Shown: positions 38,293 through 46,109 of the stretch, in pieces | How positions within the stretch are numbered: the stretch's first letter is position 1 | How the letters are laid out: each line of letters starts with the position of its first letter | NCBI GenBank assembly: GCA_963612735.1 | Contig: CAVDWX010000062.1 | Span: 1 to 48,933 of the forward strand | Source: Gemmiger formicilis | GTDB lineage: Bacteria; Bacillota_I; Bacilli_A; RFN20; CAG-826 | Direction: 5' to 3' | Length of the DNA stretch: 48,933 bases | The notes under the pieces: generated by a model | What the model was told of the DNA's origin: nothing | Database searches by the model: none | The model's input: the letters and a program-made list of their open reading frames with translations, nothing else | Translations under genes and position numbers: made by a program

Positions 38293-39134
38293 AACATTTC
38301 ATTCCAACTTCCTTAAAAGAAGCACTTGAAATTATTTCTAATCATGATTGTTTTATCTTAGCTGGTGGAACGGATTTGATGGTTCAAAAACATAAAAGTA
38401 AAGGACTTCTTCCTAACTTTGATAAAGATGTCATTTATATCTCTAATTTAAAAGAATTAAATTATGAATATATTGATGAAAACGGTGATTATCATATTGG
38501 CTCAACTGTTAAATATGTTCAATTAGAAAATAGCAAAATTTGTCCTCAAATATTAAAAGATATAATTGTTGAAATTGCCTCACCAAATATTCGAAATATG
38601 GCGACACTAGCAGGAAATATTGGAAATGCATCTCCTGCTGGAGATTCTCTAGTGGGGCTTTATCTATTAGATGCTAAAATCAAATTGTCATCGTTAAAAG
38701 GCGAAAGAATTCTTCCGATAAATGAATTCATTAAAGGCGTTAGAAAAATTGATAGGCATTTTGATGAATTGATTACTGAAATTATTATTCCTAATGGATA
38801 TCAAAAACTAACTTATTATTGGAAGAAAGTTGGCTCTCGCGCTGCCGAATCAATTTCTAAATTGTCCTTTTTAGGAGCATATGAAATTAAAGACAACCAT
38901 TTAGTGGATTTCCGCCTTGCATTTGGAAGCGTTTCAATTACTGTTGTAAGGAATAAAGATATTGAAAAAGATTATATAGGGTTAGAGGTACCGCTCTTAC
39001 CTTCTATAATAGATAGTATAGTATCAAGGTATTATACGATTATTAATCCAATTACTGATCAAAGATCAAACAAGGATTATCGGAAAAAGGTGGCAATGAA
39101 TTTGCTCACCCATTTCTTAACTAACATCAAATAA
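38283..39134 (+). CDS. Mo-hydroxylase FAD-binding subunit, set 2 (YgfM/XdhB-like)
   Basis: 283 aa. Motifs ILAGGTDLMV and ATLAGNIGNASPAGDS. 10-nt overlap with the small subunit gene. Confidence 0.85.
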   Translation: MEIKHFIPTSLKEALEIISNHDCFILAGGTDLMVQKHKSKGLLPNFDKDVIYISNLKELNYEYIDENGDYHIGSTVKYVQLENSKICPQILKDIIVEIASPNIRNMATLAGNIGNASPAGDSLVGLYLLDAKIKLSSLKGERILPINEFIKGVRKIDRHFDELITEIIIPNGYQKLTYYWKKVGSRAAESISKLSFLGAYEIKDNHLVDFRLAFGSVSITVVRNKDIEKDYIGLEVPLLPSIIDSIVSRYYTIINPITDQRSNKDYRKKVAMNLLTHFLTNIK

Positions 39135-39144
39135 GGAGGCGATA

Positions 39145-40389
39145 ATGAGCTACATTAAAGGTTATGTTTGTACTATATGTGGAAAGTTTTTTCTCCCAGA
39201 AGAAGTTGATTTAACTTGTCCAAATTGTGGGGAAAAAGGAATTCTCGATGTCGTTTTTGACTATGAAGCACTTAAAAAAGTCTTAACGAAAGATTATTTT
39301 AAGAATAATAAAGATTATTCAATGTGGAGATATGCTCCTCTAATGGGTATAGAAAATACCCATGTTAACGAAATGCTTAGAATTGGTTGGACACCATTAA
39401 TTAAGTCGAGAAATCTAGCAAAAGAGCTAGGAATTAAAGAACTTTTCATAAAAGATGATGGTTTAAACCCAAGCGGTTCAAGTAAAGATAGAGCCTCTGG
39501 AGTAGCAGTTTTAAATGCGATTGAAGCGGGAGCGGATACCATATCTTGTTCTTCAACTGGCAACGCCGCATCTAGCTGCGCATGTCATGCTGCTCATATG
39601 GGACTTAAATCAGTTATCTTTGTTCCAAAACGCGCTCCAATTGGAAAATTAACACAAATATCGATGTATGGAGCAACTCTAATTGTTGTGGACGGAGATT
39701 ATAAAGCAGCTTTTTCATTATCTAAAGAAGCGATTAAAAAATATCATTGGTATAATCGAAATGCCGCAATTAATCCTTTTATGGTTGAAGGCAAAAAAAC
39801 TGTCTCTTTAGAAATTGCCGAACAACTCGATTTCAAACCAACTGATTGGGTATGTGTTTCAGTCGGTGATGGCTGCACTATTGGTGGAGTTTATAAAGGC
39901 TTCTCTGATTTATATAAATTAGGATTTATTGATTATATTCCACGTATATTAGGTGTTCAATCCACCGGCTGTGAGCCATTTGTTGCTGCTAATAAGCAAA
40001 ATGCTCCACTTGTGGAATGCGAAGAAAATACTATCGCAGATTCAATTGCGGTTGGCATTCCTCGCAATCCTATTAAAGCTTTAAATGCTGTTAAAAATTC
40101 TCATGGAGCCTGGATAAGTGTTCCTGATGAAGATATTTTAAAAGCGATGGCTTTATTAGGTAAAAAAGAAGGTGTCTTTGGCGAACCAGCGGGTGTTACT
40201 TCTCTTGCTGGATTAATCAAAGCGCTAGAAACTGGCATTATTAAAAAGGATGAAACTGTGACTATAATAGTGACAGGTAATGGTTTAAAAGATCCTTTGA
40301 ATGCACAAAAAGCCATTATGCATCCTGAAATTATGAAACCAAATATAAATGAACTTGACAAATATTTAAAAGAAAAAGGAGTGATTTAG
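39145..40389 (+). CDS. threonine synthase-like fold-type II PLP enzyme with an N-terminal zinc ribbon
   Basis: 414 aa. Zinc ribbon CTICGKFF...CPNCGEKG...VVFDY, as in archaeal/Thermotoga-type ThrC. PLP-Lys motif NPSGSSKDR. Gly-rich loop SVGDG. GGAGG RBS. Confidence 0.75.
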   Translation: MSYIKGYVCTICGKFFLPEEVDLTCPNCGEKGILDVVFDYEALKKVLTKDYFKNNKDYSMWRYAPLMGIENTHVNEMLRIGWTPLIKSRNLAKELGIKELFIKDDGLNPSGSSKDRASGVAVLNAIEAGADTISCSSTGNAASSCACHAAHMGLKSVIFVPKRAPIGKLTQISMYGATLIVVDGDYKAAFSLSKEAIKKYHWYNRNAAINPFMVEGKKTVSLEIAEQLDFKPTDWVCVSVGDGCTIGGVYKGFSDLYKLGFIDYIPRILGVQSTGCEPFVAANKQNAPLVECEENTIADSIAVGIPRNPIKALNAVKNSHGAWISVPDEDILKAMALLGKKEGVFGEPAGVTSLAGLIKALETGIIKKDETVTIIVTGNGLKDPLNAQKAIMHPEIMKPNINELDKYLKEKGVI

Positions 40390-40390
40390 T

Positions 40391-41758
40391 ATGTCAAAAA
40401 TTCCATTTGGTCCAACTTATGATGAGATGTTAAATCCTAATCATCAAGATCCAGAAGTCAGAAAGCTTGCTTCAAAGGCATTAAAAGAAAATGAACTTGA
40501 TCCGATTAATCTATTTAACATTACTTGGAAAAATGAAAAAGGCGAAGTAAGAAAAATAGTTCTCCCCAAAGAATTGACTGGTGTCGATGCAAATATAGTG
40601 GTCTTACTTGGCAAAGATTTTCCTTCAGGCTCACATAAAGTTGGTCCTGCTTATTCAACATTAATTGAGGGCTGTGTTGATGGAGATATTATTCCTGGTA
40701 AACACACCATCTTAGGGCCATCAACTGGTAACTTTGGTATTGGAGTTAGCTACATTGCTAATCTAATGAAATATGATGCCATTGTTATTATGCCTGATAA
40801 CATGTCTAAAGAAAGATACGAAAGAATTCAAAGATATGGAGCGAAATTAGATCTTACTCCTGGTAGTGAATCTGATGTTATTTTAACGTTAGAAAGAACA
40901 TATGAATTAAAGAAAAATCCTAACTACCGCACCTTAGCGCAGTTCGAACTACTTCCAAATTATCGTTTCCATCGTCATGTAACAGGTAATTCTTGTGTTG
41001 AAGCTGTTAAGGGTATTGGAAATGGACGTATTGCTTGCTTCTGTAGCGCTCCTGGTAGCGCTGGCACCTTAGCGGCAGGTGATCAAATTAAAGCTGTCTT
41101 CCCTGAAGCTAAAATCGTGGCTTTAGAACCGCATGAATGTTCTACTCTTACCAATGGTGGACGTGGACAACATCGTATTGAAGGTATCGGAGATAAGATG
41201 TGTACACTTATTCACAATGTTTTGACTACTGATTTTATTACTCAAATTATTGATGATGATTGTGTTAGAGGATTAGAAGTCATCCATGAAGGTAGTGAAG
41301 TTTTAGAAAAGCATGGTATTTCTAAACAAGTAGCGGAATCTTTAAAAGATTTATTTGGCGTTTCTGGAATTTGTAATATTTTAGGCGCTATTAAAATGGC
41401 TAAATATTTGCGTTTAGGACCCGATGATAATGTGGTTACTATTGCCACTGATAGTTTTGATAGATATGAATCAGTCATTCAAAATCTCCATCAACGCGAA
41501 TTAGAAGTAACCGATAATGTTTTAGAAAGATGGTATGAAGATATCTTCCTTGGCGCTGACACTAATTACGTTTTAGATACACGTGGTAATGAAGCCAAAG
41601 AACTATTATTTGCTCAAAAAGAAAGAGATTGGCTCCCATTTGGTTATACCAAAAACTATTTAGATTCAATGAGAAAAATGTCCTTCTGGGACCATGAATA
41701 TCATAAAATTGATGAATATGACGAAAAGATTAAAAGAATGCGAGGTAAAGAAATTTAA
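40391..41758 (+). CDS. fold-type II PLP enzyme, CysK/CBS-like core with a long C-terminal extension (possibly of the OrtB-type lyase/thiolase group)
   Basis: 455 aa. Candidate PLP-Lys in FPSGSHKVG. Motifs [23 protein letters not shown] and HRIEGIGD. The OrtB relationship is a recollection-based guess, not verified. Confidence 0.65.
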   Translation: MSKIPFGPTYDEMLNPNHQDPEVRKLASKALKENELDPINLFNITWKNEKGEVRKIVLPKELTGVDANIVVLLGKDFPSGSHKVGPAYSTLIEGCVDGDIIPGKHTILGPSTGNFGIGVSYIANLMKYDAIVIMPDNMSKERYERIQRYGAKLDLTPGSESDVILTLERTYELKKNPNYRTLAQFELLPNYRFHRHVTGNSCVEAVKGIGNGRIACFCSAPGSAGTLAAGDQIKAVFPEAKIVALEPHECSTLTNGGRGQHRIEGIGDKMCTLIHNVLTTDFITQIIDDDCVRGLEVIHEGSEVLEKHGISKQVAESLKDLFGVSGICNILGAIKMAKYLRLGPDDNVVTIATDSFDRYESVIQNLHQRELEVTDNVLERWYEDIFLGADTNYVLDTRGNEAKELLFAQKERDWLPFGYTKNYLDSMRKMSFWDHEYHKIDEYDEKIKRMRGKEI

Positions 41759-42969
41759 TGAAAATCCCTTTTAGTGAAGTACTCGAAAAAGCCAAATCAT
41801 ATGAAAAAGATATGACCAAGTTTCTTCGCGATATGATTGCTATTCCTAGTGAATCATGTGGAGAAGAAAAAGTAATTTTAAGAATTAAAGAAGAAATGGA
41901 AAAAGTAGGTTTTGATAAGATTGTTATCGATCCTATGGGAAACATTTTAGGCTATGTTGGTCACGGCTCACACCTCATCGGTATGGACGCCCATATCGAC
42001 ACAGTTGGAATTGGAGAAATCAAAAACTGGAAGTTTGATCCATACACTGGTTTTGAAGATGATGTCTATATCGGTGGAAGAGGTGCCTCTGATCAAGAAG
42101 GTGGTATGGCCTCTATGGTCTATGCTGCAAAAATCATCAAAGATTTACATTTAGAAGATGATTACACCTTAGTAATTACTGGCACTGTTCAAGAAGAAGA
42201 CTGCGACGGTCTATGTTGGCAATATATTATTGAACAAGATAAAGTTAAACCAGAGTTTGTCTTAATTACTGAACCAACTTCTTGTCGAATTTATCGCGGT
42301 CATCGTGGAAGAATGGAAATTAAAGTTTCCACGCGCGGCATTTCTTGCCATGGCAGCGCTCCCGAAAGAGGAGTTAATGCTATCTATATGATGGCACCTA
42401 TCATTGAAGATATTAAAAAGCTTAACGAAAGACTAAAGGATGATCCATTCTTAGGAAAAGGGACAGTCACTATTTCTCAAATCTTCCATAAATCACCATC
42501 TCGATGTGCTGTAGCAGATGGATGCTGGATTTCTTTAGATCGAAGATTGACCGATGGAGAAACTTATTTATCAGCGATTAAAGAAATAGAAGAGTTACCC
42601 TCAGTTAAAGCCGCGAATGCCGTAGTGGAAATGTATGATTATGATCGACCTGCTTACACTGGATTAGTTTATCCAACGAAAGCGTTCTTCCCAACATGGG
42701 TTATTCCAGAAGATGATATTTTATGTCGTTCTATGAAAGAAGGATATGAAGAATTATTTAATGAAGAACCAATTATCGATAAATGGACCTTCTCCACTAA
42801 TGGAGTTTCCATTATGGGAAGATTTGGCATTAAATGTATTGGCTTTGGCCCAGGCGATGAAAAAGAAGCCCATGCTCCAAATGAAAAAACAAGGAAAGCC
42901 GATCTTGTTAAATGTGCTGCATTATATGCCGTTATGCCTCTTCTATATTTAGAAAATTTAAAAAAATAA
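41758..42969 (+). CDS. ygeY: YgeY-family M20 metallohydrolase (deacylase / N-carbamoyl-amino-acid-amidohydrolase-like)
   Basis: 403 aa. Near-collinear with E. coli YgeY as I remember it: [62 protein letters not shown] and [13 protein letters not shown]. Its ATG overlaps the upstream stop. Confidence 0.9.
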   Translation: MKIPFSEVLEKAKSYEKDMTKFLRDMIAIPSESCGEEKVILRIKEEMEKVGFDKIVIDPMGNILGYVGHGSHLIGMDAHIDTVGIGEIKNWKFDPYTGFEDDVYIGGRGASDQEGGMASMVYAAKIIKDLHLEDDYTLVITGTVQEEDCDGLCWQYIIEQDKVKPEFVLITEPTSCRIYRGHRGRMEIKVSTRGISCHGSAPERGVNAIYMMAPIIEDIKKLNERLKDDPFLGKGTVTISQIFHKSPSRCAVADGCWISLDRRLTDGETYLSAIKEIEELPSVKAANAVVEMYDYDRPAYTGLVYPTKAFFPTWVIPEDDILCRSMKEGYEELFNEEPIIDKWTFSTNGVSIMGRFGIKCIGFGPGDEKEAHAPNEKTRKADLVKCAALYAVMPLLYLENLKK

Positions 42970-42989
42970 AGGAGTTTTACACTAAATTT

Positions 42990-43994
42990 ATGGAAAAAGT
43001 TACAAAAATGGAACCTTTATTCAAAGGTCGCCATCTCATCACACTTGAAGAATGGAGCAAACCAGAAATCGACAAATTACTCGAAGTCAGTAAGGAACTT
43101 AAAGAAATGTTCCACAATGATATTCCCACTCCATTTTTAGAAAACAAAACTGGATTTTTAATGTTCTTTGAACAATCCACAAGAACTCGTAATTCATTTG
43201 AAGCTGGAATGGCTGAATTAGGAGGACATGCTACGTTCTTAGATACTTCAATGATGCAAATCGCTCACGGAGAAAGCGCTAAAGACACCGCTACAATTTT
43301 ATCCTCTTTTGGACATATGATCGCTTGTCGTTATTGCAACTGGGGATTAGGCAATAAATATATTCGTGAAATGGCGAAATGGTCAACCGTGCCAGTTATC
43401 AATTTACAATGTGATTTGTTCCATCCTATGCAAGCGCTTGCTGATTTGATGACCATGCAAGAAGTTTTCCCAACTACTAAACATTTAAAAGTGTCTATTA
43501 TTTGGGCTTACGCTACTACTCATAAAAAACCAATTTCAGTTCCTCTTTCTCAAATTCTATTATTCCCTAGATATGGAATGGATGTTACTTTAGCTTATCC
43601 TGAAGGATACGATTTACCTGATTGGGCCATTGAAAAAGCGAAAAAGAACGCTATTGAAAATGGTGGTTCATTTAGAATTACACATGATATGGAAGAAGCA
43701 TATCGCGGAGCGGATGTTGTCTTTCCTAAAAACTGGGGTTCATGGGTTACAAATCAATCAACCGCGGTCGTCGATGATTTATTAGAATCTTATAAGAGTT
43801 GGAAATGTACTGAAGCGATGATGGCTTTAGCAAATCCTGGCTGCAAATTCATGCATGCTCTTCCTGCTGATAGAAACCACGAAGTCGAAGATTCTGTTAT
43901 CGATGGTCCTCAATCTATTGTCTATCAAGAGGCTGAAAATCGTTTACATACCGCTAAAGCTGTTATGTGCATGGTTGTAGGTGGCAAGAAATAG
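42990..43994 (+). CDS. ygeW: YgeW-type (knotted) carbamoyltransferase
   Basis: Start moved to ATG 42990 (MEKVTKMEPLF; AAAGGAG 15 nt upstream). The track start at 42912 overlaps ygeY. Motifs STRTR, QIAHGES, INLQCDLFHPMQALADL, GMDVTLAYPEGYDLP, GGSFRITHDMEEAYRGADVVFPKNWGSW and HALPADR. Confidence 0.9.
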   Translation: MEKVTKMEPLFKGRHLITLEEWSKPEIDKLLEVSKELKEMFHNDIPTPFLENKTGFLMFFEQSTRTRNSFEAGMAELGGHATFLDTSMMQIAHGESAKDTATILSSFGHMIACRYCNWGLGNKYIREMAKWSTVPVINLQCDLFHPMQALADLMTMQEVFPTTKHLKVSIIWAYATTHKKPISVPLSQILLFPRYGMDVTLAYPEGYDLPDWAIEKAKKNAIENGGSFRITHDMEEAYRGADVVFPKNWGSWVTNQSTAVVDDLLESYKSWKCTEAMMALANPGCKFMHALPADRNHEVEDSVIDGPQSIVYQEAENRLHTAKAVMCMVVGGKK

Positions 43995-44018
43995 ATATCT
44001 TAATCATTTAATACAATT

Positions 44019-44051
44019 GGAGTGTTTCTTATTTGAAACGCTCCTTTTTTT
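44019..44051 (+). terminator. intrinsic terminator ending the purine island operon
   Basis: GGAGTGTTTC-TTATTT-GAAACGCTCC (10-bp stem, one G-U pair) followed by TTTTTTT, 25 nt after the ygeW stop. Confidence 0.8.
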
Positions 44052-44172
44052 AAGTTCATTTAAATATAAATATATAATGATAGTGGTAATATACACAAAT
44101 CATAATATTTTAACGTTATTATCTTATTTAATTTTATTTTTATTGTTTATATACATAAAAATATGATAATAT

Positions 44173-44210
44173 TTCAAAGCAAAACTTTCTTTGAACAAGT
44201 TATAGTTCAA
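44173..44210 (+). promoter_or_regulatory. two mutually exclusive hairpins in the rpmE leader (candidate L31 autoregulatory leader)
   Basis: TTCAAAG (44173..44179) pairs with CTTTGAA (44189..44195). The overlapping TTGAAC (44191..44196) pairs with GTTCAA (44205..44210). The second hairpin ends 3 nt before the SD sequence GGAAGGAG. Confidence 0.3.
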
Positions 44211-44227
44211 GGCGGAAGGAGAAAAAA

Positions 44228-44449
44228 ATGAAAAAAGGAATTCATCCAGAATACCATCGTTGCACAGTGACTTGCATCTCCTGTGGAGCGACATTCGAAA
44301 CAGGTTCAACATTAAAGGAAATTAAAGTTGATACATGTTCTAATTGCCATCCCTATTACACTGGCAAACAAAGATATGTTCAAGCTGATGGCCGTGTTGA
44401 TCGTTTCAACCGTAAATACGGATTACAAAATAATAACGAAAAGAAATAA
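44228..44449 (+). CDS. rpmE: 50S ribosomal protein L31 (zinc-binding type A)
   Basis: 73 aa, starting [10 protein letters not shown]. Two CxxC motifs (CISCG, CSNCH) and HPYYTGKQR. Strong GGAAGGAG RBS. Confidence 0.95.
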   Translation: MKKGIHPEYHRCTVTCISCGATFETGSTLKEIKVDTCSNCHPYYTGKQRYVQADGRVDRFNRKYGLQNNNEKK

Positions 44450-44450
44450 T

Positions 44451-44469
44451 AGACCGGTTAATCCGGTTT
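44451..44469 (+). terminator. short stem-loop between rpmE and metG (weak terminator or attenuator)
   Basis: ACCGG-TTAAT-CCGGT followed by TTATTTATT. The stem has only 5-7 bp. Confidence 0.3.
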
Positions 44470-44487
44470 ATTTATTATGGTGACATT

Positions 44488-46080
44488 ATGAAGAAGAGAT
44501 TTTACATTACTACTCCTATATATTATCCAAGCGCTAAATTACATATTGGACACGCTTATTGCACAGTTTTAACTGATGTTTTTGCTCGTAGTAAAAGAGA
44601 AAGAGGCTTTGAATGCTATTTTCTTACTGGCGCTGATGAACACGGCTTAAAAATCGAAAAGAATGCCGCTTTAGCGGGTAAGACTCCTCAAGAATTTGTC
44701 GATGATATTGTCGAAGGTTTTTATAAATTATGGGATTTGCTTCATATTTCAAATGACGATTTTATAAGAACTACGCAAACCAGACATACAAAAGTCGTCC
44801 AAGACATTTTTTCTAAAATGCTTAAAAATGATGACATCTATTTAGGGCATTATGAAGGATGGTACTGTAAAGATTGTGAAGCTTTTTGGACTGATACTCA
44901 AGTAGGGGAAGAACATCTTTGCCCCGATTGTCATCGTCCAGTGAGCAAGGCTCAAGAAGAAGCTTATTTCTTTAAAACCGGGAAATATGTTGAAAGATTG
45001 TTAAAATTTTATGATGAAAATCCTAAATTTTTAATTCCTGAATCAAGAAAAAATGAAATGATAAATACATTTATTAAACCTGGGTTAGGGGATTTATGTA
45101 TTTCGAGAACTTCTTTTACTTGGGGCATTACAATTAAAGAAAATCCAAAACATGTTATTTATGTGTGGCTCGATGCCTTGACTAATTATATCACCGCTTT
45201 AGGTTATGATAGCGACGACCCAACTTTATTTAAGAAATATTGGGAAGATGAAGATTCAGAAATTATTCACATTTTAGGAGCGGACATTACTAGATTCCAC
45301 GCTATTTACTGGCCTATGTTTTTAATGTCTTTAGGTTTACGCCTTCCTGATCGAGAATTTGTTCATGGCTTACTTATGATGAAAGATAGCAAAATGAGTA
45401 AATCAAAAGGCAATACTGTCGATCCATTCCCACTTGTTGAAAGATATGGAGTGGACGCTGTTAGATATTATTTAGTTAGAGAAGTTAATTTTGGTAGTGA
45501 TGGCTCTTTTACTCCTGAACAATTCGTTGAACGAATTAATATGGATTTAGCTAATTCTTTAGGCAATTTATTAAATAGAACAGTATCTATGATTATTAAA
45601 TATTTTGATGGCGTTATTCCAGAATATAAAGGCTCCATCACTGAATTTGACGACTCTTTAAAATCTTTAGCCGTAGCAACCATAAAAGCATATGAAACCG
45701 CTATGGATGATATTAGAATGACTGATGCTATTATTTTTGTTAATGAATTAGTGAGTAGAGCCAATAAATACATTGATGAAACAACTCCTTGGGCTTTGGC
45801 CAAGGACGAATCAAAAAAAGCTTCATTAGCGTCAGTTATGTCTCATCTTGCTAATGTAATCTATATTGCTGGAATGCTGTATCGTCCAGTTTTAGTAACG
45901 GCTTCTGATAAACTATTTGACCAATTAGGAGTTAATAAACAATTGAGAGATTATCAAAATATTTATCAATTTGGTATATTAGGAAATACCAAAGTAAATA
46001 AAGGTGAGCAACTCTTTCCTCGACTTGATGCCGCAGTGGAAGTTCCTTATATTAATGAATTGATGAAAGGCAATAAATAA
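44488..46080 (+). CDS. metG: methionine--tRNA ligase, short form without the C-terminal tRNA-binding appendix
   Basis: 530 aa. HIGH motif (KLHIGHAY), KMSKS, and a zinc knuckle CKDCEAFW...CPDCHRP. Confidence 0.95.
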   Translation: MKKRFYITTPIYYPSAKLHIGHAYCTVLTDVFARSKRERGFECYFLTGADEHGLKIEKNAALAGKTPQEFVDDIVEGFYKLWDLLHISNDDFIRTTQTRHTKVVQDIFSKMLKNDDIYLGHYEGWYCKDCEAFWTDTQVGEEHLCPDCHRPVSKAQEEAYFFKTGKYVERLLKFYDENPKFLIPESRKNEMINTFIKPGLGDLCISRTSFTWGITIKENPKHVIYVWLDALTNYITALGYDSDDPTLFKKYWEDEDSEIIHILGADITRFHAIYWPMFLMSLGLRLPDREFVHGLLMMKDSKMSKSKGNTVDPFPLVERYGVDAVRYYLVREVNFGSDGSFTPEQFVERINMDLANSLGNLLNRTVSMIIKYFDGVIPEYKGSITEFDDSLKSLAVATIKAYETAMDDIRMTDAIIFVNELVSRANKYIDETTPWALAKDESKKASLASVMSHLANVIYIAGMLYRPVLVTASDKLFDQLGVNKQLRDYQNIYQFGILGNTKVNKGEQLFPRLDAAVEVPYINELMKGNK

Positions 46081-46090
46081 TGGCATTAAT

Positions 46091-46108
46091 GGTGATAGAA
46101 ATGTCACC
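46091..46108. terminator. small hairpin between convergent metG and the AAA ATPase gene
   Basis: GGTGATA-GAAA-TGTCACC (7 bp with one wobble) in a 29-nt spacer. T-tracts are poor. Confidence 0.3.
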
Positions 46109-46109
46109 T

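Noticed and set aside
37278-41945. Minus-strand ORFs 37278..37514, 39315..39563, 40101..40361, 41242..41478 and 41730..41945
   Set aside because: All are antisense shadows inside confidently identified purine-island genes.
41954-43180. ORFs 41954..42154, 42746..42952 and 42977..43180, and the 42912..42989 extension of the ygeW ORF
   Set aside because: These are alternative-frame or antisense ORFs within ygeY and ygeW. The ygeW extension overlaps the ygeY C-terminus and precedes the AAAGGAG RBS.
43981-44312. ORFs 43981..44166 (+) and 44124..44312 (-) in the ygeW-rpmE spacer
   Set aside because: They span the intrinsic terminator and the AT-rich promoter/leader of rpmE. The translations are Ile/Leu/Phe/Tyr runs typical of AT-rich non-coding DNA, and the second is antisense to the rpmE start.
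45468-45803. 111-aa minus-strand ORF
   Set aside because: It is antisense inside metG.
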